Below are positions 9,412 to 18,082 of a DNA stretch of 33,726 bases, piece after piece. The stretch is from Methanobacteriota archaeon (GTDB taxonomy: Archaea > Thermoplasmatota > Poseidoniia > Poseidoniales > Poseidoniaceae), in NCBI GenBank assembly GCA_009936765.1, contig JAACDL010000171.1:1-33726 (forward strand), read 5' to 3'. Numbering within the stretch: the first letter of the stretch is position 1; every line of letters begins with the position of its first letter. A model generated the notes under the pieces. It was not told the origin of the DNA. It did not search any database and worked only from the letters and a program-made list of their open reading frames with translations. A program made the position numbers and the translations under genes.

Positions 9412-9603
9412 TCACTCTGCCATCTTTGTCCTGATGCGCGCTATTGAGCGGCGGCAGGCCTTGAAAGCGCCCATGTTAGACGGGGTACCACCAAGTGATT
9501 GCTCTGCACGAAGTTGAAGAAGTTCTTCTTGTAACTCAGCAAGCCTATCGACTAAAGCATCAGAACTCATTGATGCGATTTCTCGGTTAGAAACGTGTGT
9601 CAC
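9412..9603 (-). CDS. rpl29: 50S ribosomal protein uL29
   Basis: LAELQEELLQLRA..GG.P.N..RRSIARIRT; GTG start overlaps the S3 stop. Confidence 0.94.
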   Translation of the reverse strand: MTHVSNREIASMSSDALVDRLAELQEELLQLRAEQSLGGTPSNMGAFKACRRSIARIRTKMAE

Positions 9604-10271
9604 TCAGAACCCTCCTCTGCTTTTGGAGCATCTTCTGATGCTTCTGCATTCATTCTCAATTGCTCTTCAGAGTAAATTGTGATTTCGTGAGGTAGTTTGG
9701 TTCCTTTGCGCATGATTGCTACTGTTACACCGATTGTACCTAGTTTCTTGATACAAACTGAATATCCAACATCCATGTGTTGTAGAGCTGTTTCGCCACA
9801 GTACTTGACGTGTCCAAGAACGAACTTCTGTGTCCTGTTTCGACTTCCAGTTAGTTTACCTGCAAGAGTGATAATTACACCACGTGCTCCTGCTTCCATG
9901 ATATTCAGGGCAGCGGAGTGGCCTGCACGGCGGTAGTACCATCCACGCTCCATTGCGCTTGCGATCTTTTCTGCCATAACTTGTGCATTTAGTGCTGCAT
10001 CTTCGACTTCGTCTACTTTCAGACGAGGATTCTCTAGACCAAATCTCTCATCCAATTGCTTCTGAAGTTCGTTGATAATCTTACCTTTGCGGCCGATAAC
10101 CATACCTGGGCGTTCTGCCTTGACTGTTACTTCAGTACCAGTAGGTGTTCTACGGATATCTAATCCACCGAATCCGGCTTTCTTGGTGTTGTTCATCAAG
10201 AACTCTTTTACTAGGTGGCGCTCGACGTTACGGTCGATGATTTGCCTTAGTGTACTCTTATTGTTACTCAT
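9600..10271 (-). CDS. rps3: 30S ribosomal protein uS3
   Basis: AGFGG, ERPGMVIGRKGK (KH domain), YRRAG, AGKLTGSR, KKLGTIGV. Confidence 0.97.
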   Translation of the reverse strand: MSNNKSTLRQIIDRNVERHLVKEFLMNNTKKAGFGGLDIRRTPTGTEVTVKAERPGMVIGRKGKIINELQKQLDERFGLENPRLKVDEVEDAALNAQVMAEKIASAMERGWYYRRAGHSAALNIMEAGARGVIITLAGKLTGSRNRTQKFVLGHVKYCGETALQHMDVGYSVCIKKLGTIGVTVAIMRKGTKLPHEITIYSEEQLRMNAEASEDAPKAEEGSE

Positions 10272-10282
10272 GATAATTCACC

Positions 10283-10882
10283 TCAGAAGTCGTCCTCCAA
10301 CTCGTCCTCAGCACCGCTGAAGTCTTCTAGGAATAATTCGAGATTTACTCGGTAGTGGTTCTTAGGAGATGCACGTCCACGAGCACGTGGAGTCCATCCT
10401 CTCTTAATCTGGCCACGGTGCGCAGCACAGTGGGTAATTACCATCTCTTCAGGATCGATGTCCTCATATTGATGGCGTGCATTTTCCATGCAACTTTCCA
10501 ACAGCTTGATCATTATTCGGCTAGCCTTAACTGGATAGCGTCCAGGACCGATTCCACCTTTGCGGTGTCCAACCATTGAAGGTCCAGATCGCTTGCGCTT
10601 CTTGTTTCCAGAACCTAGACGGAATGGAACTGCAACAGCCTTCTTACGAATATCAGGCCTGTCACTGTCAATCTTCAGTACGTTGTTTAGGAAAGTGATA
10701 GCATCCCCTGCTGTACGGTGCTTGATGGCACGTGCAATCTCGAAGAGGTGCTTTACGTGAACATCTGCGTTAACTGCACGAGCAGTTGCTAGGCGGCTTC
10801 CCTGAAGGAGCTGTGTGTAGCCCTTCTGAGGAAGTTCCTTACGCTTGGATCTGCGGTCCATTTCTGATTTCTTCCAACCCAT
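10283..10882 (-). CDS. rpl22: 50S ribosomal protein uL22 (long form)
   Basis: VPFR, VGHRKG..PGRYPVKA, PRARGRASP; position between S19 and S3. Confidence 0.95.
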   Translation of the reverse strand: MGWKKSEMDRRSKRKELPQKGYTQLLQGSRLATARAVNADVHVKHLFEIARAIKHRTAGDAITFLNNVLKIDSDRPDIRKKAVAVPFRLGSGNKKRKRSGPSMVGHRKGGIGPGRYPVKASRIMIKLLESCMENARHQYEDIDPEEMVITHCAAHRGQIKRGWTPRARGRASPKNHYRVNLELFLEDFSGAEDELEDDF

Positions 10883-10892
10883 AATAATCACC

Positions 10893-11387
10893 TCACTTCA
10901 ATGCCACGTGCGTAGAAGAGCGAGTCGCACCAACACCAGGTCCAGAATGTGTTACATTCTTTCGTGTTAGAGCGAACTCTCCTAGATAGTGACCTATCAT
11001 CTCTGGCTTGACTTCTATTTCGACGAAGTTCTGTCCGTTGTGAACAGCGATTCTCTTGCCGACGAATTCAGGCAGGATTGGGACGTCACGGCGGTGCGTG
11101 CGTACTGTACGGCCGGTTGAGCGGCGCATACGGTTAATGAAGTGCTCATTTTCAGAAGATAGTCCACGAGCAATAGATCTGCGTGCACGGCTAGTTAGCA
11201 GTGTGATTACAGATGGTGCGGATGGGTCCTCTTCAGACGGCCATAGTGGCATAGTCTTGAGTTCTTCAACTTGGAAACCACGGTATGTGAATTCTTTCTT
11301 CTTACGACCTGTTACAGTAGTGCGCTTCTTACGAGCCTTTCTTCTGCTCGCTTTAGGGGTCATAAAGGACTTCTTTTTCTTTGCCAT
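10893..11387 (-). CDS. rps19: 30S ribosomal protein uS19
   Basis: EFTYRG, RTHRRD..ILPEFVG, EMIGHYLGEF, HSGPGVGATRSS. Confidence 0.97.
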   Translation of the reverse strand: MAKKKKSFMTPKASRRKARKKRTTVTGRKKKEFTYRGFQVEELKTMPLWPSEEDPSAPSVITLLTSRARRSIARGLSSENEHFINRMRRSTGRTVRTHRRDVPILPEFVGKRIAVHNGQNFVEIEVKPEMIGHYLGEFALTRKNVTHSGPGVGATRSSTHVALK

Positions 11388-11398
11388 AATAATTCACC

Positions 11399-12118
11399 TC
11401 AGACCTTCTTGCCGCGGCCTCTTCCTGTGCGGCTTGGAGCTATGTTACCGACCTTAGCACCCGGAGGAGTGCCACGAGCGACGGAGTTTGGACCGTGAAC
11501 CGCTTGGTGGTTTCCTCCACCGTGCGGGTGATCTACTGGGTTCATTGCAACTCCACTTACGTGAGGATACAACTTACCACGAGCCTTAGCCTTGTAGTGA
11601 GCAGCACCTGCAGTTCGCAGAGGCATTTCACCACGGCCGTGGCCAGCAAGAACACCTATTGTTGCTCTACACAAACTAGGCATATCCTTTGAGACGCCAG
11701 ATGGTAGTCTAACACGTACCTTTCCATTGTCAAGGTGTGCTTCAATACTTGCAGAGTTACCTGCTGTTCTTGCAACCTTTCCTCCGTCACCTGGACGAAG
11801 TTCTAGATTGTTAATCGCTGTTCCTTCTGGAATATTTGCGATTGAAGTGATGTTACCAGGCCTTAGTGCGACATTGTCGCCTATTGCAACTGATGAACCG
11901 ATTGAGATTCCTTCTGTTGCAACGACGAGGTTTGTCTGACCGTCTGGTAGTTTCAAACGTGCCAGAGGTGCTGTGTGCACCGGACTGTGGATAAGTTCTG
12001 TGACTTCTCCAACTACATCCTTTACGCGTGGCATTGTGTTTGAACCTGGGAACCTGTGGCTCGCCACGCGGTAGCGCGGTGAGCTTCCCTTTCGTTGTGA
12101 ACGTGTACGCTTACCCAT
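11399..12118 (-). CDS. rpl2: 50S ribosomal protein uL2
   Basis: MGKR..QRKG, ELRPGDGGKVARTAG, GVAMNPVDHPHGGG. Confidence 0.98.
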   Translation of the reverse strand: MGKRTRSQRKGSSPRYRVASHRFPGSNTMPRVKDVVGEVTELIHSPVHTAPLARLKLPDGQTNLVVATEGISIGSSVAIGDNVALRPGNITSIANIPEGTAINNLELRPGDGGKVARTAGNSASIEAHLDNGKVRVRLPSGVSKDMPSLCRATIGVLAGHGRGEMPLRTAGAAHYKAKARGKLYPHVSGVAMNPVDHPHGGGNHQAVHGPNSVARGTPPGAKVGNIAPSRTGRGRGKKV

Positions 12119-12130
12119 GATATCACCTCA

Positions 12131-12391
12131 TCAGAATGCGCCAAGTCGCATTGCAGCCTCATCTGCATGGTAGCCATCTGCTAATCTAACGCTAGCTACC
12201 TTTCCGTTCTTGGTATTACGGACATTGACTTTAGCAACTTCAGCATCGAATAATTTCTCAACTGCTGCTGCGATTTCGGACTTAGTTGCACTGCGGCGGA
12301 CGATGAACTCAAGGCGATTGCCTCCAGTTCTTGCTTCCATAGCCTTTTCAGTGATCCAAGGCATCTTGATTATGTCATACGGATTTACCAT
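12131..12391 (-). CDS. rpl23: 50S ribosomal protein uL23
   Basis: IIKMPWITEKA, NRLEFIV..ATKSEI..AVEKLF..VAKVN. Confidence 0.96.
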   Translation of the reverse strand: MVNPYDIIKMPWITEKAMEARTGGNRLEFIVRRSATKSEIAAAVEKLFDAEVAKVNVRNTKNGKVASVRLADGYHADEAAMRLGAF

Positions 12392-12404
12392 TCATCACAC
12401 CTCC

Positions 12405-13274
12405 TCAGTTCAGTGCCTCCACTGCTGCCTTAGTAAAGACAGTTAGACGGCCAAGGTCGCCACCAGGGGCGAGATGCTCGGCTGATAGGTCCTTAGCGGC
12501 GACTACGTCGACGCCTGGGAGATTGCGGGCAGCCTTAGCAAGGCCGTCCTTGTTAGCAACAACTAGTAAGACACTCTTAGGCGTCTTGTGGACACGTCCA
12601 CGCATTGTTGCTTTACCTGCTCTAATCTTTCGACCATTGCTTGCACGGCGAAGATCGTCTCCAAGGCCAAGAGCCTCGAAGATTGCACTGACCTTGCGAG
12701 TTCCACCAGATAGGTTGAATGCTTCAATGTCAATTTTCTTACCGTTTTCGGAATAGTCACCAAGAATGATTGGTAGAGTTGAGATTTCATCTGCGAAGCG
12801 GTGTCCACGATTGGATACCATTTCTATATCGGTAGTTGCAGCAAGTGCAGAGTTACGAGCTAGTCTTCTTTCGTTACGGTTCAACTTACGAGACCAGTCT
12901 TTCTCGACCTTTGGTCCGTGAGCACGGCGACCACCTAGAGTGTGCGGATTTTGTGCACCACGGCGCTGACCGGTGCTTCTCATAATTCTGGAGACACCAC
13001 GACCCTTACCCCACCATTCGACGGAGTGCTTCATACCGGCCATAGGCTTACGCTTTCCAACATGTGCGTTGGAACCGTACGCCTGCCTGCGGTTAGCACG
13101 AGCGCTTGCTACTGCCAACTTGACTAAATCTGTACGAATTGAAGTGCTGAAAGACTCAGGTAGCGATACCTTCTTGCCCATCTCCACATCTATTTCGTAG
13201 ACTTCCTGAAGGCGTCCAGCATCGAGTTCGTCTTGCTCGACCTTGTTGATGATGTTGTGTACTGATACCTTCAT
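12405..13274 (-). CDS. rpl4: 50S ribosomal protein uL4
   Basis: IRTDLV, WGKGRGVSRI, GGRRAHGPK, IRAGKATMRGR, HLAPGGDLGRL. Confidence 0.97.
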   Translation of the reverse strand: MKVSVHNIINKVEQDELDAGRLQEVYEIDVEMGKKVSLPESFSTSIRTDLVKLAVASARANRRQAYGSNAHVGKRKPMAGMKHSVEWWGKGRGVSRIMRSTGQRRGAQNPHTLGGRRAHGPKVEKDWSRKLNRNERRLARNSALAATTDIEMVSNRGHRFADEISTLPIILGDYSENGKKIDIEAFNLSGGTRKVSAIFEALGLGDDLRRASNGRKIRAGKATMRGRVHKTPKSVLLVVANKDGLAKAARNLPGVDVVAAKDLSAEHLAPGGDLGRLTVFTKAAVEALN

Positions 13275-13276
13275 CT

Positions 13277-14305
13277 TCAGACCCCCTGCTTGCTAGCTGT
13301 GCTAACATAAGTTATCTCGAACGGATGTTCGGTCTTGTCAGATCCACGAGTAGCGTCACGGAATCTAACCAAGCGCTTTGCAGGGCCAGGTAGGCTTCCC
13401 TTTACTAGTACGTATTCGGAGTTGACTTCTCCATAGCGCAGGAATCCTCCAGCTGGAGTGATTGCCTTGTCTTCTGCAGAAGCGATTGAAAGAATTCTCT
13501 TGTTGTATTCAGTACGCTGGTGGTAACCTGTTTGACCACCTTGACGGATTGTCTTACGTACATACCCTGTACCGAAGTCACCCATGTTACCGTGTTGTCG
13601 GCGTTTCTTGGAGTTCTTGTGAGATTGCAGCTTACCACCGAATCTCTTGATTACACCTTGCCATCCATATCCCTTGGTAACTCCGACAGCATCTACGAAG
13701 ACGCCTTCAGTGAATACATCACCAATTGATAATTCTTGACCGATGTTCTCCTTTGCCCATTCTAACTTAGCAGCAGAATCGCCACCAACTAGTCCGAGTT
13801 CCATAACTTCTGGAGTCTTGGAAGGAGTTCCTGTAATTGAATGCGGCTGAGTTGCAGCGATGATTCTAACTTCAACAAGGTCTGCTTTACCAAGCGCTTC
13901 AAGGTGCTTTTCAGTCTCGTGTGATTTTAGAGCATTCTTGTGAAGGCGGCGTTCTACTAGTTGTGGGAACGCTTCTGAAATTTGTTCTGAATCTACCCAT
14001 GCTTCACCAGCGGCTTGCTTGCCGTAAGGAGTCATTTTGTATCCTCGAACACCGAGTACTCTCATCTTAGGTACCTCGACAACGGTTACAGGAATTCTGA
14101 TTTCCTGTCCCGCACTGTTCGATCTAGGGTTTAGATCACGAGCCATGATGTGGGTCATGCCAGCCTTCCAGCCGGCGAATCCCTGTACACGGACCTCGCT
14201 CGCATCGGTTTCTGGCCACGACTTGACGTGTCCAAAATGGCGTGCTGACCGCTTACGCGGGCTAAACGCCATACTACCACGTCTTGGGTGACTTCTCTTT
14301 GCCAT
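13277..14305 (-). CDS. rpl3: 50S ribosomal protein uL3
   Basis: PRRGSMAFSPRKR, GWKAGMTH, GQTGYHQRTEYNKRI, KGSLPGPAKR, STASKQG. Confidence 0.98.
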   Translation of the reverse strand: MAKRSHPRRGSMAFSPRKRSARHFGHVKSWPETDASEVRVQGFAGWKAGMTHIMARDLNPRSNSAGQEIRIPVTVVEVPKMRVLGVRGYKMTPYGKQAAGEAWVDSEQISEAFPQLVERRLHKNALKSHETEKHLEALGKADLVEVRIIAATQPHSITGTPSKTPEVMELGLVGGDSAAKLEWAKENIGQELSIGDVFTEGVFVDAVGVTKGYGWQGVIKRFGGKLQSHKNSKKRRQHGNMGDFGTGYVRKTIRQGGQTGYHQRTEYNKRILSIASAEDKAITPAGGFLRYGEVNSEYVLVKGSLPGPAKRLVRFRDATRGSDKTEHPFEITYVSTASKQGV

Positions 14306-14490
14306 TTTTTCGGCCTCCTATGTTTCCGATACTCCGCATTGGCCCCCCGATAAGGGGCGTACAGAGGCTCTTCCGGTTGGGGAACCGCCGTGACACTGGC
14401 TCTCAGTCCACGATTGGGACGGGGAGTGATGGGGTGCTGTGCATTGCCCACTGTGTCTGGCTGCTCACCTTCTGAGCAGTCTCCCGACTT
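14306..14490 (-). promoter_or_regulatory. Structured 5' leader of the L3 operon (candidate cis-regulatory r-leader RNA)
   Basis: GC-rich non-coding stretch between a TATA-like box and the AGGAGG SD (14314-14319). Hairpins at 14478-14489, 14461-14479, 14406-14420, 14374-14387 and 14342-14358, plus a long-range GACAC/GTGTC pairing (14453-14457 with 14392-14396). Confidence 0.55.
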
Positions 14491-14513
14491 ACCTCCCCTA
14501 TATGAGTGGTTCG

Positions 14514-14521
14514 GTTAAGAA
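14514..14521 (-). promoter_or_regulatory. Putative TATA box of the ribosomal superoperon
   Basis: TTCTTAAC on the minus strand ~25 nt upstream of the structured leader. Confidence 0.5.
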
Positions 14522-14641
14522 CGCTGTATAGGGCCGCTGGACACTGATGGTAATTGACAGTCTTCAAGCATTGTGGTTCGAACTGAAATTGAAGCACCAC
14601 CCATGCAAATCCTCTTGAGCCACCGACGCACACTCTTGCTT

Positions 14642-17212
14642 ATGACCCCTGTGCTAACCCACCCTCGTCTCTGCGATGGTGTTGAAGCTAGGGCGTACCA
14701 ATTAGCGGCAGCAAAACAAGCCATCTCAGGCTCCACACTACTTGTTATGCCGACTGGTTTGGGAAAAACTGCTGTTCAATGGATGGCTATGGCCGAGGCT
14801 TTGGACGGACCTGGTAAGATCGTCTTAGTAGCCCCAACCACAGGACTTGTAGCCCAGCAAGCCAAGATGGCAAGAGAGTTCGTGAATTGCGATGATGAAC
14901 TTATCGTTACCCTTACTGGTCAAGACCGCCCTGCCAAAAGAGAAGTAATTTGGAAAGATGCCAAGATAGTTATGGCTACCCCCCATGTAATTAGAAACGA
15001 TGCGAGGAATGGAAGAATATTACTTTCTGAGATTGACTTACTAATCGTAGATGAGGCACATCACGCAACAGGGTCTGATTCAATGGCACAGTTAGGCGAT
15101 ATGTATCTTGAATCATCATCGAAAGCCCTAGTTTTGGCTGCGACTGCGTCCCCCGGTGTGAAAGCAGCGAAAGTATTGGAAGTGATTCAGCGACTAGGAA
15201 TTGAAAGATTACATGTCACAAAAAGAGAAGATGATTTAGTTCAACCGTACATCACATCGATGGAAATTGAAAAACATGAATTGAATTTACCTGATAAATT
15301 GTTAGAGATTATTCGCCCATTAAGAATTCTTGAGGCTGAAGAAGCAGAGTTTCTAACTAGAGGAGGTTTTCTTGTCAAGGCAGGTAGAATCACGACTGCT
15401 GCTATCGAAGAGGCACATAGAAGAGCTAGTGCCGCTATTGGGCGTGGAGATGCTAGAGGATATGATGCTGCCAAAAGAATCGGTGATATTCGAAGATTAC
15501 ACCGTCTGCTAGATTTGCTAGACACTCAAGGCCTCAAGTGTGCAATAAAATATCTTGAAAGGGCTAAAATGGAGAAAGACCGCAAGACCAAGAGATTTCT
15601 ATCATTATCCCCTGTTGCCGACCTTCTCAGAGAACACAGAGATAGCGAAGAACTTCATCCTAAACCACACTTAGTACTAGATTTAGTAAACAAAGGATTA
15701 GAGAATGGTGGCAAAGTGATTATTTTCACAGAGTATAGAGATACTGTTGATAATCTACTGCAGATTCTGGATTCGGAGTCAGGTATCAAACCTGGTAGAT
15801 TTGTTGGACAAACCACTAAAGGAAGTCAATTGGGAATGAAACAAAAAGAGCAGATTGCTCAACTGAACAGATTTCGAGATGGAGAAATCAATGTACTTGT
15901 AGCTACAAGCGTAGGTGAAGAAGGGTTAGATGTTCCAGCAGCAGATAGTGTGATTCTGTACGAGCCGGTCCCGAGTGCCATTAGAGCCATCCAAAGACGT
16001 GGAAGAACTGCAAGACAGAAAGATGGTGATGTTCACATATTATTGGCGAAGGGAACTAGAGATGAGTATGTCCAACAGGCATCATTGCGTCGTGAACAAA
16101 TGATGTACAGAACTCTAGATTCACTACAGAAGCAATCTAGGTTACCAAGAAGGTCACCCCCTAATTCTGATGTCTTAGCATCATTCACAATTGATGGAAG
16201 TAATGCTGAAGACTTCATTGAATCTGAAGAAAAGAGACTTTACCGCAAAAAAGAAACTATTCAAGATAAACCAAAAGCGAAAAAGAAAGTTGAAATACAG
16301 ACTGAACAACCTCTGAATCGACCAAGAAATCAACGCTCTTTAGCAGATTTTGCTTCCACGAATGAAGAAACTAAACCTGTTGATTGGTGGAAACCAGTAT
16401 TGGATGGAACTGAAACACACACCAGAGAAAATGAGGCTAAAGTCGCAGCTGCTGCTCAGACTGAAGTTAATTCACTGAGCGTTGAAAGAGATTCTGAAAC
16501 TCTGATTACAATAGATCACAGAGAAGCGAATTCAACATTACCAGCGATGCTCAAACTTCACGGTCACCAAATAAGCCTGGAAAACCTGACTATAGGCGAC
16601 ATTAGAATTTCAGATCGGATATTGATTGAAAGAAAAAGCGCTAGAGACTTAGTAGATTCATTGATTGATGGAAGACTAATCCATCAAGCTAGAAGGTTAC
16701 ATAGTGCAGCACCCAGACCATTATTGATTGTTGAATCAAATGAAACTCAAAGGGTCCATCCTAATGCGATCCATGGAGCAATGGCCTGGATAACATTAGA
16801 TTTGGGATTGCCAGTAATAATGACTGGTTCGCCTGAACAAACTGCAAGATTTGTTTCCATTGCTGCTAAAAGAGAGGCAAGAGTTCTGGATTTACTAATG
16901 ACTCATTCCCGAAGAAGCCCAAAAGACGCAGAAAAGTCTGCAATTAAAGCCGCATCTTCCGAGATCATGTCAATAATTAATGGTGATATAGAGCACGGGG
17001 TTTTGTCCAAGAAATGGGACCAAGAAGTTCTGAAACAACGCACTAGAATACTCGGTGAATTACCGGGAATTGGACCCAAAACCGCTGAAAGAATTATGCA
17101 AGCATCCAAGGACATAATGGGATTATGTGCCATGAGTGAGCACGAACTGACTCAGATAGATGGAGTGTCTTCGATTCAGGCTAAAGACCTGTTCAAATTC
17201 CTTCACGGTTAA
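14642..17212 (+). CDS. hef: Hef/FANCM: SF2 DEAH helicase fused to ERCC4/XPF nuclease and HhH
   Basis: EARAYQ, MPTGLGKT, DEAHH, ATASPG, VATSVGEEGLD, IQRRGRTAR; nuclease GDIRI..IERKSARD; HhH LPGIGPKTA. Start probably ATG 14642 (ORF track extends to GTG 14573). Confidence 0.95.
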   Translation: MTPVLTHPRLCDGVEARAYQLAAAKQAISGSTLLVMPTGLGKTAVQWMAMAEALDGPGKIVLVAPTTGLVAQQAKMAREFVNCDDELIVTLTGQDRPAKREVIWKDAKIVMATPHVIRNDARNGRILLSEIDLLIVDEAHHATGSDSMAQLGDMYLESSSKALVLAATASPGVKAAKVLEVIQRLGIERLHVTKREDDLVQPYITSMEIEKHELNLPDKLLEIIRPLRILEAEEAEFLTRGGFLVKAGRITTAAIEEAHRRASAAIGRGDARGYDAAKRIGDIRRLHRLLDLLDTQGLKCAIKYLERAKMEKDRKTKRFLSLSPVADLLREHRDSEELHPKPHLVLDLVNKGLENGGKVIIFTEYRDTVDNLLQILDSESGIKPGRFVGQTTKGSQLGMKQKEQIAQLNRFRDGEINVLVATSVGEEGLDVPAADSVILYEPVPSAIRAIQRRGRTARQKDGDVHILLAKGTRDEYVQQASLRREQMMYRTLDSLQKQSRLPRRSPPNSDVLASFTIDGSNAEDFIESEEKRLYRKKETIQDKPKAKKKVEIQTEQPLNRPRNQRSLADFASTNEETKPVDWWKPVLDGTETHTRENEAKVAAAAQTEVNSLSVERDSETLITIDHREANSTLPAMLKLHGHQISLENLTIGDIRISDRILIERKSARDLVDSLIDGRLIHQARRLHSAAPRPLLIVESNETQRVHPNAIHGAMAWITLDLGLPVIMTGSPEQTARFVSIAAKREARVLDLLMTHSRRSPKDAEKSAIKAASSEIMSIINGDIEHGVLSKKWDQEVLKQRTRILGELPGIGPKTAERIMQASKDIMGLCAMSEHELTQIDGVSSIQAKDLFKFLHG

Positions 17213-18073
17213 TCATGAACCAATCATCATTGCACGAGTCTTGAGTTGTGCAAACCTATCAGTAAAGTGGCCCAGTGCAAAGGCAACAATCTCGGTGAAG
17301 TTTACCACTGGGATGTTTGTGTCTTTGTTAGCAACACGTCCTGCCTTCCCTTGGTACGAATCAAGGTTTGAATGGGACTGTGTACAAGCACTTACAAGAA
17401 TTTGAGCCCCTGCTTTCTTAGCATCATTTAGAACTCTAGCAGTCATTTTCATTACTGAATCACCAAGAGATAGAAGCGAAGGATTGCCTACACTAGAGGT
17501 CTTACTCTTGTATTCGACAGGTCGGCCTCCTAAAGCAGTGATTAGCCTCTCCATGTAATCTGGGTTCCATGGATCATCGCCTCCGCATGCGCCTTTCATT
17601 TGCATGTGAGGTCCGTAGTAGCATGCGATATCTAGATCCAATGGATTTACAACTGCTGCTTCTACTTTATCCAGTCCAATCTCATCAACTAATACATGAA
17701 GCAAGTGATTTGTAGAGATTTCAGAGGAATCAAGAGTCATTCCAGTAGTTCTCTCCAATACACGATTTGCATTTGCAAGAGCGATTGGGTCATTCTGGAA
17801 TGTCTCAAGTGAATCGTGAAGGATACCTTGAGCTGAAGCGCATGCTGTGATAATTTCATGCCCATTCATCTCAGCCAGTGCAAGGTTTCTTGCGTTTAGT
17901 GCTAGTTGTAGTTCCTTGTTGCCTTGCTTGATTATGTTTCCACCATCACCGTTGTAACCAACTATCTCAATCAGTTCAATCCCAAGACTGTTGCACAATG
18001 GCTGGATTGTATCCTCTACTTCTCTGGAAGATTGGCGGGCTACATTTCCGGGATAATAAGAATATTTTACCAT
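17213..18073 (-). CDS. HdrB/SdhE-like CCG-domain protein with degenerate Fe-S motifs
   Basis: YSYYPG, ALNARNLALAE, HLLHVL, VVNPL..IACYYG, DDPWNPDYMERLITALGG, SNLDSYQ, IPVVNFTEIVAFALG follow the HdrB pattern; both CCG triplets are missing. Confidence 0.85.
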   Translation of the reverse strand: MVKYSYYPGNVARQSSREVEDTIQPLCNSLGIELIEIVGYNGDGGNIIKQGNKELQLALNARNLALAEMNGHEIITACASAQGILHDSLETFQNDPIALANANRVLERTTGMTLDSSEISTNHLLHVLVDEIGLDKVEAAVVNPLDLDIACYYGPHMQMKGACGGDDPWNPDYMERLITALGGRPVEYKSKTSSVGNPSLLSLGDSVMKMTARVLNDAKKAGAQILVSACTQSHSNLDSYQGKAGRVANKDTNIPVVNFTEIVAFALGHFTDRFAQLKTRAMMIGS

Positions 18074-18082
18074 AGTTTCACC

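Noticed and set aside
363-14291. Many short + strand and alternate-frame ORFs over the ribosomal operon
   Set aside because: Antisense or out-of-frame shadows of clearly conserved genes; no motifs or SD sites
14306-14490. GC-rich region as 5S rRNA, SRP RNA, RNase P RNA or tRNA
   Set aside because: No 5S, SRP helix-8 or RNase P P4 consensus recognised and no cloverleaf; too short for SRP or RNase P RNA
14155-14736. ORFs 14155-14451, 14284-14475, 14403-14633 and 14515-14736 as leader peptides
   Set aside because: They overlap rpl3, hef or the promoter and have no recognisable protein features; RNA structure explains the region better
14642-17212. Inactive nuclease or intein in Hef
   Set aside because: GD...ERK...D catalytic motif is intact; the charged middle region is the usual disordered linker with no intein motifs
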